DNA of 64,000 nucleotides from positions 9,860,001 through 9,924,000 of the forward strand of contig NC_087263.1 in the NCBI RefSeq assembly GCF_037042905.1. Direction: 5' to 3'. This DNA comes from Lytechinus pictus (taxonomy: Eukaryota). The notes below the pieces were generated by a model. It saw nothing but the letters and a program-made list of their open reading frames with translations, was not told the origin of the DNA and made no database searches. The position numbers and the translations under genes are program-made. Numbering within the stretch: the first letter of the stretch is position 1; every line of letters begins with the position of its first letter. This document shows, one piece after another, positions 12,930-26,200 of this stretch.

Positions 12930-14250
12930 CAATGTCATTTCGATCAATAGTAATTTCCTCCAATAGCCAGTTAGTCTAAGAGCAACTTCGTCCAAAAACA
13001 ACTTTGTCTGAGAGCCACTTCCTCCAAAGCCACCTTGTCTAAGAGCAATTTCGTACAATAGCTACTTAGTCTCAATGCCACTTCGTTCAATAGACACTTC
13101 ATCCAATAGCCATTTCGTCTAACATCATTGCATGTTGGTCCAATTGCCATTTTGGTCCAATACTCATTTGGTCCAATCGACAGTTGTTCCAATACCTACT
13201 TGATCTAATTCCCACTTGGCCGTTACTGGGGACAGGCACGTGAATGGGTCCCCGTGAGAAAGGGGCAAATAAACATAAACACAACACAATATAGGATGAA
13301 TAACTATAATTCAGACACAGATACCGATATAGTAGCGTAATTTTGATTACCGTCTTTGCGAAGTATTTACCTTAGGCGCAGTTTTCTCAAATTTTTAAGT
13401 GCTCCAAAGCACTCTTGGTGCTGCAATTTAGTTTCCTCATGAATATAAAATCATGTGAAATTTGTTCATTAAGTAATGTAAAACAAAATATCATGCTTTT
13501 GGAAATTTTACACTTCGAGGCATAACTCAATTTATAATTGATTCAAGGTACTTAATTTTAATTAACTTAATTTTTAAGAACAAATACAGAACAAAACAAA
13601 AATACGTGTATATCTGTAGTTTCTCCCTTCCCTTTCCCCCTTTATATTTACTTATTTCTTGGTATCCAATGAATGCATTCATGGACTTTCCATTGTTTGT
13701 GTCACCCATTTAATTTTGTAACTAGGGATGTATTTTATGACTTTGATATTGAAATAACTGAAATAACTTGCTCTTGCACAAGGCGTGAGTTGATTTGGAT
13801 AATGAATTAATAGTATTCATGTGTTTGCAGTCCATGGAGTTGTAGCTTTTTTGTTCTTGCTTTGTGTTTTTTTGTTTTTGCCTTTGAAACAATTGGCAAG
13901 CGAGAAATAATTGTATGAAAACAATTAAACTTTCAATGTTGAAGTCTGAAGAAAAAAACAATGCATATCTGACACTGAAAAGGTCAATATTTTCGCAAAA
14001 AGGTTGAATGTTTGCATGTGTGTAACTGGCAATTGGACGAAGTGGAAATTGAATAAAATGATATATAGGACCAAACGGCGTAAGACGACAAGGTCGTTTG
14101 GCGTATTTAACATTAACCGACCAAGTGGGTACACTGTATTATACCAGTTAGATATCTTAGACCATCTGCTGGTGGTTAGACAAAATTAATGGTAAACCAA
14201 ATGGGTTTCGCCGATGTGGAGTTAGAAATTAGAGACCAACTAATAAGATC
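12930..14250. mobile_element. Degenerate element with inverted ~20-bp subterminal arrays (same motif family as 1-95/7130-7520)
   Basis: cacttcgtccaa/ttggtccaat units at ~12930-13225; attggacgaagtgg/tagaccaa units at ~14030-14250. Confidence 0.55.
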
Positions 14251-14254
14251 TCCT

Positions 14255-14545
14255 CTTGGTAATGAGCGAATGACCCTAAATAGGGAGAGTGCAGGTGGAC
14301 CACTACACCAGGGATTCCCCAGGCCTACTCTTATACGAATAGTGCAGTGGGTTCTTAACGTGCAAAGGTGGTGACTCTCCTCTACACGGGTCCTCCATTT
14401 AACGTCCTATCCGAGGGACGGAGTGTATTCCATTGCAACATAGCTTGCATCTATGAAACATGGGAGAGACGTTTACACACAACGCACTGGCTTCAGCCAT
14501 CCGCCCGGGGCGGAGTCGAACCCACGATCTTTGGTTCGACGGGCA
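14255..14545 (-). mobile_element. tRNA-derived SINE with a Deu/Nin-like central domain, 5'-truncated
   Basis: Minus strand: B-box GGTTCGACTCC, then TCGGATAGGACGTTAAATGGAGG...CACGTTAAGAACCCACTGCACTATTCGTATAAGAGTAGG, resembling the DeuSINE core; no A-box seen. Confidence 0.7.
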
Positions 14546-14706
14546 TATAAAGGATTATAAAGTACAAAAATATAACTCCGTATTCATATTTCGATATATT
14601 TACAAATTATTTAGAAAAGGACATAGAAATACGTGTATGAGATTCACAGACTACAAAAGGTAAAACGGCAGTATATATATGTATATACAATTGTGAAGAG
14701 CAAGGA

Positions 14707-14708
<2 letters not shown>

Positions 14709-14762
<54 letters not shown>
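14709..14762. repeat. (TA)n microsatellite at the 3' end of the Penelope element
   Basis: Perfect TA run. Confidence 0.95.
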
Positions 14763-14766
<4 letters not shown>

Positions 14767-14767
14767 T

Positions 14768-14810
14768 AATCTTCCGAATTTTCGGTCATAGACCTTCTTC
14801 AGGGATGATT
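14768..14810 (-). ncRNA. Minimal type I hammerhead ribozyme motif in the Penelope terminal repeat
   Basis: Minus strand AATCATCC-C-CTGAAGA-A-GGTC-TAT-GACC-GAAA-ATTC-GGAAGATT: CUGAnGA and GAAA cores, 4-bp stem II, 7/8-bp stem I. Confidence 0.7.
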
Positions 14811-14839
14811 TTATTAGCCAAAACATGTTGCATCATTTG

Positions 14840-15290
14840 TACCGTGTTTACACTTAATCGGCATTTGAATCGGCTCGCGGTTCTGAACCGCGAGCCGATT
14901 CAGCATCGGCTTTTTCATAGCGTGTAAACGCGAGCAACTTGAATCGGCTCGCGGTTCAGAACCGGCAATTTGCACCACCAAAGTAGTAGGTTCTGAACCG
15001 CGAGCCGATGCAGAATCGGCTTTTTTACTACGTGTAAACAGAAAGCCGATTCTGCACCGGCAATTTGTGCGCATTTCAATTACTTTACCATTGTGACGTA
15101 ATTGTAAGCGCACTGATCCAGCGTTGTCTTTATTATGACGTATATTGTAGGTATGCGTATCATTTCAGGTTTTTGCATCGGCTCGCGGTTCTGAACCGCG
15201 AGCTGTAACAACGTGTAAACGCAATCCAAATGCCGATTCTGCATCGGCATTTGGTTCAGAACCAATTGCCGATTAAGTGTAAACACGGTA
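14840..15290. mobile_element. MITE nested in the Penelope 3' region, built of palindromic modules
   Basis: TIR TACCGTGTTTACACTTAATCGGCA / TGCCGATTAAGTGTAAACACGGTA; TTG on both sides (or TA TSD if the ends are 2 bp shorter); internal ATCGGCTCGCGGTTC-T-GAACCGCGAGCCGAT hairpins. Confidence 0.88.
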
Positions 15291-18200
15291 TTGGTGATGT
15301 TACCAACGCGCAATAAATACAATGCGCAACAACATAACGCGACAGGTGCATTGTTAAAAGATATTGTGACGTAATGAGTAAAGTCAAGGCAACTATTATG
15401 ACGTAGAGTTAAATCAGCAAAAGAGTCTATTGATTCATCGGTAAGAAAGAAAAGTGCACTTGGTTTCAGGCATTGGGAAGGCGCGGAAAGACACATTCAT
15501 TCCGTGGGGGGGGGGGGGGGGGAGGGTCCCGAGACTGTAGATCAGCTTCTCTTCTTTGAGTTTGCGATCCGTCTCACGTTCGCAAGAGATGGCAACGCAT
15601 ACCTGTAGATCGTTGATGACATGTCCAGGTTGGTTGAAATGCGTTGCTACTGGCAGGCCAGGTGTGTTAAGTCGGATCGAACGAAAATGCTCTGTTACTT
15701 TGTCAGCCAGACGTCGTTTAGTCTCCCCGATGTAAAGCTTATTGCAGCGGGAGCATCGTATAGCATATACGACGTTTCTGGTGGTGCACTTGAAGGAGGC
15801 CTTGACGCACTGGGTGCTTTGATGACATCTCCCCTGATGACGTAGGGATAGGTATTGCATCTCGGCCTGCCGCATTGAGATGTGCCAGGATCATCTGCGG
15901 GTTGACTAGGCGGCAATTTGGAACGAACGAAATGGTCACGTAGAGAACGGTCTTTCCTATATGCCAGAAGTACAGGGTTATCTCCAAATTTCTCCTTGCA
16001 AGAAGGAGATGACAGGAACAGCTTGGCATTGTTTTTGATAGATCTTGTAATTAGTGCAGACGTGGGATGATAAGTCATCACTAGTGGAACTCGACGACTC
16101 TTGTTGTTGTTTTTCTTCCCAGTCAAAGCTTAGTCCTGCGAGATCAAACTATACCTTGAATGGAGTGTTGAATGAGCTCCTGAGGGTAGCCTCTCTTCAC
16201 GAAAAAATCACCCATCTCGGCAGCCCGTTGTGTAAAGCGAGCATAATCTGCAGATTCTACGTAGCCTGGTCACCTGGGAGTAGGGGATCGCCTTCTTACA
16301 AGCCGCTGGATGGGAGGAGTCATATTTCAAGTAGGAGTGAGAAGAAGTAGGTTTGTAGAAGACATCAGTAGAAAGACCTAAATCTTTGATAGAGATGGAG
16401 ATGTCCAAGAAATCCACACTGGTGCTAGAGATACAATGCGTGAACTTAAGAGATGGGTGGTAGTTGTTAACATATGCGATGAAATCCTCCTCAGGGCCGG
16501 TGCTAATTCCAAGATGGTCATGTATGTATCGCTTAAACAAGACTGGTTTAGGCCCATGATATGATTGCAGCATCTGTTCCTCCACGAACCCAACAAAAAA
16601 AAAAGCATAAGAAGGGCCCATTTTCGTTCCCAAAGCCACACCTTTATGTTGCTTGTAGTAGCGTCCATCGAATTCGAAAACTGACAAACGGAGTGCTAGT
16701 TCAGCCAACCTTAGAAGGGTTTCCATACTCGGGGCATCTTCGTGGGCATTGCGTTCAAAGAAGTAGCGGATAGCCCTCAAACCGTCGTCTATGGGTATGT
16801 TAGTTTAAAGAGATAAAATATCCATCGTGAAGAGGAGATGCTTACTTCTTTCAGCTAGAGTAACATCCCTTATGAGGCGAACAGCATCAAGGGAGTCTTT
16901 GACGTACGTAGGAAGCTGAGTGACAAGGGGGCTAGGATACTGTCTAAGTACTGACTGACGAGTTCAGTGGGGCAATTACACGTTGATACAATCCGTTTTC
17001 CAGGTGTGTTAGCTTTATGGATCTCAGGTAGTAAGTGGAAAGTAGAGCACCGTGGATTATCTTGAATGAGATTAGATGCATTTGATTATATATGCAAATA
17101 TATATACAGTGCGTCCCCCAAAAAACTATACTCCTTTGAAATGAAAGAAAGAAGAAGATTATTATTATCATTATAATTGTCATCATAATTTTTTTTGAGG
17201 GGGGGGGGGGGGGTGGGGAGTGGGGTCATGTCACCTCTATTAACGGGTATTGGACATTTTCTATGCTTATTAAAATATCATTGCCATTTTGTCAATATTA
17301 GCCATTCTAAATGTAATTATCTGATAAAACGGAAAATCCCATCGAGGGAAAATAAAATCATTTTTAGAAAAAAAAAATCACCAGTCTTCAGCTTTTTCTT
17401 CTTATCATTTCTTTTGACGAAACATCTTTTGGGCATAAAGTGGATCTAACCGTTTGTGTGTGTGTGTGTAGGGGGGTGTGAGGGTGTTTGTGCGGGTGAG
17501 TTTGGGGGTGAGGGTGCCTATATAGGGTGTATATAGCGGAATTACGCATATCATGCTCTGCTGTAATTTAATAGTCATCATTTCGAACAAATCGATGGAA
17601 AGATCTGCAAAAATTAGACGGCCAGGAAATAAAGGTGGATAATTTTCTTTAGTAATGTTTTTATGATTGCATGTATCGTATGGAAAAAAATCCTGATGCT
17701 TTGATGAATCACGTGTCAATATTGGTAAAAGGAATCCAGGGATCCTTTTCAAAATAAGGTCAATGCTGTGATTAAAAGCAACTATAGTTACGAGTCACAT
17801 GACTGCACTCGTAGTTATTTTTTCCCCTAGGATAAGAAAGCCGGTCCAGAGTAAGTAAATCAACTGATGCTTAAAGTTGTTAGATCACATCATAGACAAT
17901 CAATCTTGGCTAATTGGATTCGAAAATTGTGGAGTGTCTTTTCGTTTTCCAAATCATGTTCAAAGTTATATTTGAGCAGGTGAGTGAAAATATCATAAGG
18001 TTAGGCATAAAGATGAGGGCAGATTAGCATTCGCCCTATTATATCATAACAAAATTGCAATATGAGATTCATTCAACCTCCATTTTCGTCATACACTCTT
18101 TCCTGAACTCAGTACCACAGGACAATTCAATTGACGGTATATTATTGGTCATGACGTTTGTAAAACATTAACACTCCAAGGTAACATGCACAAACACACA

Positions 18201-18663
18201 CCAACACACCCTTCCTCGTAACATGCATTTATACCGATATACATGTACATTGAGGAACAATGTCCTACTCTCACACTCATGCGCTCACACAAAACACACA
18301 CACACTATCACACATGATTGTATACAGAAGCATACCACACATCCACACGCAATCACACATAATACAGAAACACACGTGTACACTCGCACCAACCCACATG
18401 TACGGTAATTTTTGTGTGTACTATACAAGTTGTAATTTGGGAACTTTGTGATTCGTGAAACCAAATGTTACTCCCTTTAATATGCGATCCTCATTCTGTT
18501 CCTTCCCTCTCCTGAAATCAACTGGTTTCAACTGGTTTTAGCATGCAGTGGAATCTTCTGTCGGTGCGACATATGAGTAGGCAGAAACTTGCCTTCCCAT
18601 AAATGCAATGTATAATATGAACATCGTGATATTATTAACGCATATAGCTTACATAGCTTTTAA

Positions 18664-19204
18664 GGGGATACTCCAGGCTGAAAATAATTATATCTAAATA
18701 GATTCACAAAGTAAAATACTGAAAATTACCTCAAAATCTGATATCAAATAAGAAAGTTATTCAATCGTAATCTTTAGCAATATTTTGTGAAAAACAGCTT
18801 TATGCACTTTGTCATGAATATTCCCTTTCTTTTACCTATTACATGAAATCATAATTATCACGTATTTGTTCACGCATTTGTGTATGATATGCCTCTCTTG
18901 TAATAAATTAAGTTGCAACAACGTGTATCTAATGCTTTAAATCATTTGTCAATTCATTTCATTTTTGGAAGTAAAAATTTGAATCAACATAATTTCATAT
19001 AAAAAACAGAATAACAAGTGGGGATGTGACATCATCAATTAATGTGTTGAATATTCGTGAAGACATGCGTAGAACTGTTTAACCGAAATAATGCAAATCT
19101 TTAAAATGTTGTAACGTTGTTATTCGTTATCCAATTTGATCAAATTTTCAGTTTTTTGTTTGTCTGATATTCAAATCATATTATTCTCAACTTGGAGTAC
19201 CCCT
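18664..19204. mobile_element. Degenerate TTAA-type (Kolobok-like) MITE
   Basis: TTAA|GGGGATACTCCA...TGGAGTACCCCT|TTAT. Confidence 0.65.
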
Positions 19205-21440
19205 TTATCATGTTTAAATTCGAAGAGAGCGAACTAGGTACAAGGAAATCGGTCTTTTTGCTTTATTTATATGATGTTTTGGTTCTACATCATTATGCAG
19301 TGAAAGCAGCTTTATATACATAAAGTTCTTGGGGTGAAATTGAAAATGATTATAATCATGTCTTAATCACGATCTTAATAGTGGAAAAGTGATAACCCAT
19401 AATATTGGATTGAAACATAAAGGTGCATATTAATCTAATTTTTATATGGCTAGTTTCCAATTTGTTCATTTACCTAAAAGAAACAAATTAATAGTGATTC
19501 GACTTGTAAAATGTCTGAGCTGCTAGGTTCCATTTGTCACCTGAGTCTGTAAAAGTTATAAAAATAAAGCTCAGAAAAAAAATTGCGTCCCCCAAAGCAC
19601 TTATTTCGGACTTCAAAACAGTGAAATAGAAAGTGACCGGAACTGTTAATTTTTAAGTCACAGATATCTTGAAAGTGTCTCCACGAATTTGATTGGTTTC
19701 TTCCATATTTAATATAAGTAGGCCCTATTATTTAAACAAACATCTGTGATGTTCGCCACAAGCAAAGCGAGTAAGTGCCGCCAGACAGGCTATTCAATTA
19801 CATTCTCCCTCGTTTTTCTTTTCTTTATATCACTTTCCTTCTTCCCCTCTTTTTTTAGATACTCGCCTTCTCTCCTCCCCCTTCCGCCTTAATTTGTGCA
19901 TGAACACGTTCAATCGGTTATAAAGTTCTGACTAGCCAATTTACGTATACATTCCGACGTCATTTTGAATTCCTTGAGGATGAAAAAGTGTCATTTATGG
20001 TTCTGTTCATCGATAATTATCAGATTTACAATGATTTTTTATATGAATTAATCTTCCTTTGTTCAAGCTATTCCAAGCAACCCGAATGTACATTGTTATC
20101 TGGTCATAAACATGCCACAAGTTCTTTCTTTTCTCCCGCGATTGGCCCGAAGTGCTACAAAACAAAAATCCCCCAGATTCTGATGTTCTCATGCTCCAGT
20201 AAATCTTTTGAACACACTTTGCTGCTTCTTTCGTCATTAATAGAACCACAAAGTTGTATCAGAAAATAAAACTACCTTGCGTCGGGTTCATTATAAATTG
20301 CACCGTTTTACCGTAGAGTAGGTCCATGGTTTAACAAATCAAGAGGATAAACGTCATAGTACTCCAACGCTGGATAAACATAGGACAAATCATTTCCACT
20401 GACCATTTTGAGTAGTGTTAAAAGTAAGTATGATCATAATTTTAATCTTATTATTTTTTTTACTCACAGACTCTGAAAACAACAGCTCCATGAAAGGATG
20501 CATAAACTTTTTTTTTAATTCAATGTTCACGAGGATAGCCAATGAAAAATAGTCGTCAGTAGAAATGATAGCTAGCGACACTTCGAATAAAATGTATTTA
20601 TTTGAAGAAGAAAATAATAAGAAAAGTTACACATAGCCAATATTACTATGCCTCTCTTTCGTAGAATGAAAACTCTGAAAATGCCTGATTTATATACTTA
20701 TCAAGTTGCAACTTATGTTATATAAAAAAAATCCTACTAGGTTCTCTGTTACAATATTTTCAATTGAATAAATAATCTGTATGGACATCAAACCGGGTAT
20801 TAAGATAATTCTTACATTCCCTTTAAGCAAGAATATCAATTTCTTAAAACAATGTATTTTTGTGGGGTTCCAAAATTTTGAATTTTACACCGTTAAAGAT
20901 AAAACTAAATCCACCATAACATAGTTTCAAAAGGAAAATAAAATTTTATTTATTTCGAAACGATACACGTGTGCATTTATTCTTATTCAATAACATGTAT
21001 GTGGTGTGTGTGTGTGTGAGCTGGTGTTTGTATTTATATGCGTGTGAGACGTAATTCAGGATGTTTGTAAACTTGTGAATAGGTGTTCATTATTGCACAT
21101 ATGCATGTACCCAAGTTTTATTTTTTGTCTATTTTTGTGATAATTTTATTTTAATGTACATGATTTGGTTTAATTTTTGGAGCTTGGCTTCTAATAAAGC
21201 GCATTCTTCTTGTCTCTCCTTTGTTTACTCTGTTTTTGCTCATTCGCTTACTTTTATGAAAATAATTATTTGTAGGATTTGTATTTGCGTCTTTATAATA
21301 TGTGATCTTTGATTGAAATTGAAATTGAAACTTAAAGCTAAAAAGATATATATCTTGTAAATTCTACGCAATGTTGCGTTGAATTTTACCCTTCAAACAT
21401 GAGTTTTGCCCAATATGGGGTAAACAAATATCAAGCAAAC

Positions 21441-24400
21441 ATTTCATTTCATTTATTTTTCCATTTCCAACAATCATTTACCATAAGTTTTGTTACATAC
21501 ATCTTGACATAATCAATCAAACAAAGAAACTTATTATATGTAATAATTAATATAACAGGTCGGAAACGGAGGAAGCTGCTAAAAAAGCGAAGCTTGTAGA
21601 ATGCAGCCTCCTATTACATATTATTTTGTATGAACAATGTAAACTAAACACAAATACAACATGTAGAAATTTGAGCATAAATCTATTTAAATAAATAGTT
21701 TAAAAAGAAAAAAGAAAAAAAGAAAGAAATAGAAAATGAGAGAAAAAACGAGTTCAATGGTCTCCAGATTCTTGCCCCGGCACTTACAGCGAATATTACG
21801 GATCAACAGGAAAACGAAAATATCATATTTCACACTTAGTAGTGCTAAGTATATATGAAAAATATAATGGATGAGTGATGAAGAGTTAAACAAACTAACG
21901 AGTATCTTGGAGAAACTTTTTGAACTTAAATTTAAAAGAATTTAGACTTGGGGAATCTTTGATAGTATTATTAAGAGTGCACCAAAGTCGAGGGCCTTCG
22001 AAAGTAAAGATAGATTTGGCAAGAATTGTCCGGGATAAAGGAAAATGAAATTCGTCGGATTCACGTGTAGGGTATTTATGGATAGTTTTGTTTTTGTTAA
22101 ATGAAGAATTGAAGATTGTTGGTAGCATATCATTATTTAATTGATACATAAATTGACCCAAGTTATATTGATATAATGTTTTTACTTTCAAGATTTTATT
22201 GTCAATAAACAATTGGTCTGTATGGGATCTCCAGGACATATTAAAAATAACGCGCAATGCCTTTTTTCTGTAAAAGTAATATTCTTTCTAGATATGATGT
22301 ATGTGTATTTCCCCAGGCAATTATCACGTAGTTTAGATAAGGTAAAATTAATGTTGAATAAAGCATTTTTAGGGAGGAAGTTGGAAGAAAAAAACTTGAC
22401 CTTATTTATAACACCGATATTACGTGAAATTGTACGGCATATAGAATCAATGTGTGTTTTCCAAGACAAATTGTTGTCTACTATCAGGCCTAAAAATTTT
22501 GTTGAAGCGACCACTTCAATGTCAGCGTTATCCAATTTAACATCGTATGGTACTTTATCTAAATAATTGCTGAAAAGCATACATTTCGTTTTTTGTACAT
22601 TGATTGACAATTTATTAGATCTTATCCATTGTACTAGCTTCTCCAGTTCAATGTTCAATATATTGACTAAAATATCGGGATTAGGATGAGAATAAAGTAC
22701 ATTTGAATCATCTGCGAAAAGAATATAAGATAATATTGTCGAAGAATTGTGGATGTCATTTATATAGATCGAAAATAAAAGTGGGCTCAGTATGCTACCT
22801 TGAGGAACACCCCAATTGACCTTTAGTAGAGAAGAATTTCGTTCACTTATGTTAACAAACTGTTTACGATTTATTAGGTAATTCCTGAACCACTCCAAGG
22901 CCTTTCCACGGATTCCGTAATTTTCAAGTTTGTTTAGTAGTATTTCATGATTTATAGTGTCAAAGGCCTTGGAGAGGTCCAGAAAAACACCTACTGTACG
23001 TTGAAAGTTATCAATAGCTTTTGTGATTTTTTCAACAAATGAAAGAGTAGCATGAGATGTACTATGATTTTGGCGGAATCCAAATTGAAAGTCAGAAATT
23101 ATATTATATTTATTCAAAAAGTCTACTAGTATTGTATATATCACTCTTTCTATAACTGATAACCTTTGATAGAGTAGGCAATAAAGATATGGGTCTATAG
23201 TTACATACATTATTATTATCTCCTTTTTTATACACTGGTATTACCTTAGATATTTTCATATTGTCAGGCACGACGCCATTAATTAAGGAAAGATTAAATA
23301 TGTGTACTAATGGATCAACAATATATTCTATGACATTCTTTAATAAAATATTATCAATACCAGCATGACCACAACTCTTTTTGTTTTTTAAGTTGTTCAC
23401 TGTATCTATTATTTAATTCCTATGTACTGGTAATAGAAAAAGAGAATTAGGATTTGGTCGGTGAGTAAAATCAGTAAATTTCTTTTGTGTTAATGGTATA
23501 TTGTCGGCAAGATTTTTTCCGATCTGTGAAAAATATTGATTGAATATGTCAGCTATCCGAAAAGAATCATGAATTTCGATATCATTGTGTTTTATTATTT
23601 TTATGTTCGATTTTATGCTATACTTATTTAAGGCACTGTTTATAGTTTTCCATGTTTTTCTTATATCATGCTTGAAACGAATTAATTGGTTTGTGAAGTA
23701 TTTTCGTTTTTCGCTGCGCAAAAATTTTGTGAGGTTATTTTTATACATAGTGTAGTTGCGATGCGACTTCTCTGAACGATTTATTTTGTCGGCATAGTAT
23801 AAATTGTTTTTACGATTTATTGACCGTAATATTGATTTCGATATCCAAGGAAGTCTTGGACTCTTTTTATAATTATAACATTTATTGACTAATGGTACGT
23901 GTCTATCTAAGTGTGTGGTCAAAATTTTAATGAATATATCATATGCAGTATTGGTATCTTGCGAACTAAACACCTCAGGCCAGTCGGCGTCTTCTAGACC
24001 TTCTTTCAACCTCGCTATATTATTTGGCGTTACTTTTCGGAACTTTTGCTGCGGGGAATAATTTTTTGTTAACCTAAACGGGACTCTTGAAAATATCGGA
24101 AAATGGTCTGAGATATCAGATAAAATAATGCCCGACTCGGGTAAAGGAGTAACATTACAGAAAATATTATCAATAAGGGTTGCAGATTGGTTAGTAACCC
24201 GGGTTGGTTTTGTAATCAATGGTAAAAAAGATGAGGATATCATTATGTCCAGAAATTCTTGTGAGGCATTATGGTTAGAATTAGATATGTCTATATTGAA
24301 ATCTCCTGCTATATAACAATCTTTATTGATAAAAACTTGATTTTGTAGAAAATCCTGTAAGTAGTCAAAAAAATTATGTGTATTGGAGTTGGGAGGTCTA

Positions 24401-24600
24401 TAAAATACCGCGATAATAATGTTTTTAGATTTTTGGATTTGAATTTAAATAACGATAGATTCAGCAAAATCATTCATACAATTAAGATCACTATGTATGA
24501 AATAGTCTAACTTTTCATTGATATAGAGACCTACCCCTCCTCCTCTTCTATTACCTCTATTATTTTCTACGAAGGTATAACCAGGAAGTGAGTATAAAGT
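21441..24600 (-). mobile_element. CR1-group (L2/Crack/Daphne-like) LINE with frameshifted ORF2 (APE + RT) and 3' UTR/tail
   Basis: GGGVGLYI, TLIDNIF and SDHFPIF (APE); NYRPISLLP, FLDLSKAFD, GVPQGSILSPLLFSIYIND and LFADDS (RT); (GAAAT)n-type tail at ~21441-21460. Confidence 0.95.
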
Positions 24601-24779
24601 ATTCAATTGAAATATCATGTTAAAAAGAAATGATAGGAAGATGACAGAATGAGAAGAAACATGCATGTTCCCTTTCCACCAAATACCCGATAAAGTTTTT
24701 CCCGGTATTTTTAGAATGTAGTAGTAATGGAATTGATGAACTTAGTCCTTCTGTTGTGAAATTATGGGGTTATCAAGCC

Positions 24780-26200
24780 TTCATGTTTTATTTTCGATTT
24801 ATCACTCACATTCGAATAGTTCCCCAGTTACAGAAAATAGCCAAAGCTACACCAGTATACAAAAAATGATGTTTCCGACATATCAAACTATAGACCAATA
24901 ACTGTTCTTATTTTCTCTAAAATATTAGAAAGACTAGTCTATAATAGAGTTCATAAATGTTTATTAACAAACCAGATATTAAATTCATATGAGTATGGCT
25001 TTTAGAAGAAAAAAAATCCACTGAAATTGCACTTATTGGCCCTTCATGATTATATTGTTAATTCTTAAAAAAATAACTTACATACTGTTGGTATCTTCCT
25101 TGATCTCATAAAAGCATTTGATTTGATGCATCATTCAATTTTATTACATAAAGTACATTATCATGATTCTTAATGGTATTAGAGGTATCCCTTATTCTTG
25201 GTTTAAGCGTTATTTACAAGACTGAACTCAAGTTATTTCATAATAATGATGTCATTTCAGATTCTCTCAATATTTCATTCTGAGTTCCTCAAGGATTAAT
25301 CCTCTGTCTATTGATTTTCCTTTGTTAATAATCTTAAAAAAAAAAAATGAAATTCATATTGTTTGCTGATGACACCAATATCTTGTATTCAACTGACAAT
25401 ACATTATCATTGTCAACTAGTTTGAATAAAGAATTGTCAAATGTTTCCAAATGGTTTAATGCCAATAAACTTACATTAAATATAGAAAAAAATCTAATCA
25501 TATATTATTTTATCCTTTAAAACAGAGGACAAAAATAACTTTTTGCAAAACATGATAATTAAAATCAATAATACTCAAATTAAACGTGTAAATTGTACAT
25601 AATATCTTGGTATTTATTTCGGAATACTCACATCTCTTTTGTCAGAGATAAGTTATCACATAACATTGGTGTCATCAGCAAGATTCGCTACATCATGCCA
25701 AAGTATCTACTTATAACATTGTGCAATACCTTTGTCTTGCCATTTGTAAAATCTTACTGTAACACTGTATAGGCTAATATACCTTCTTATAAATTTGAAG
25801 CACTCTATTTAGTGCGGAAGAGAATAGTAAGAATATTATCCTCATGTACATAATCTTGCACATACAAAACCTTTTTTTAGAGGATTAATTTATATTGAAC
25901 ATTTATAATTTTAATGATTACTGTAATATAATATTTCTTTTTTAACAAATGTTAAGAATATAACCTCATAACTAATGCTATAATTAAGTTGTTTAGTAGA
26001 AAGTCATAATACCATAAATAAAATGAAGTATCATTTATATGCTATCACAAAACAATGTGAAATGCATATACTCCGTCAGTATGGATCTCTCTATCATCCG
26101 ATATAACTTATATAAAATGTTTGAAGTTACTCTAACAAAAACTTAAAAAATATCCTATTTCTAATGACTCAAAAGTGTTAACAATTATATAAATTTATAT
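24780..26200 (+). mobile_element. Older, heavily decayed CR1-group LINE RT fragment in the opposite orientation
   Basis: Remnants reading NYRPI, FLDLIKAFD, VPQG and LFADDTN, with many stops and frameshifts. Confidence 0.8.

Larger units (their letters stand above)
14763..16980 (-). mobile_element. Penelope-like retroelement remnant (RT + GIY-YIG endonuclease), 5'-truncated and frameshifted
   Basis: RT motifs YYKQHKGVALGTKMGPSYA, FKRYIHD, VDFLDISI, DVFYKPT (16208-16780); GIY-YIG motif NVVYAIRCSRCNKLYIGET (15435-15875); upstream frame reads YLDSILAPLVTQLPTYVKD. Confidence 0.93.

Noticed and set aside
14500..14545. tRNA gene
   Set aside because: Only a B-box/T-arm remnant, continuous with a SINE body; no cloverleaf
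21441..26200. Head-to-head LINEs as one twin-primed inversion
   Set aside because: Both pieces cover the same RT region and differ greatly in decay, so they are independent insertions
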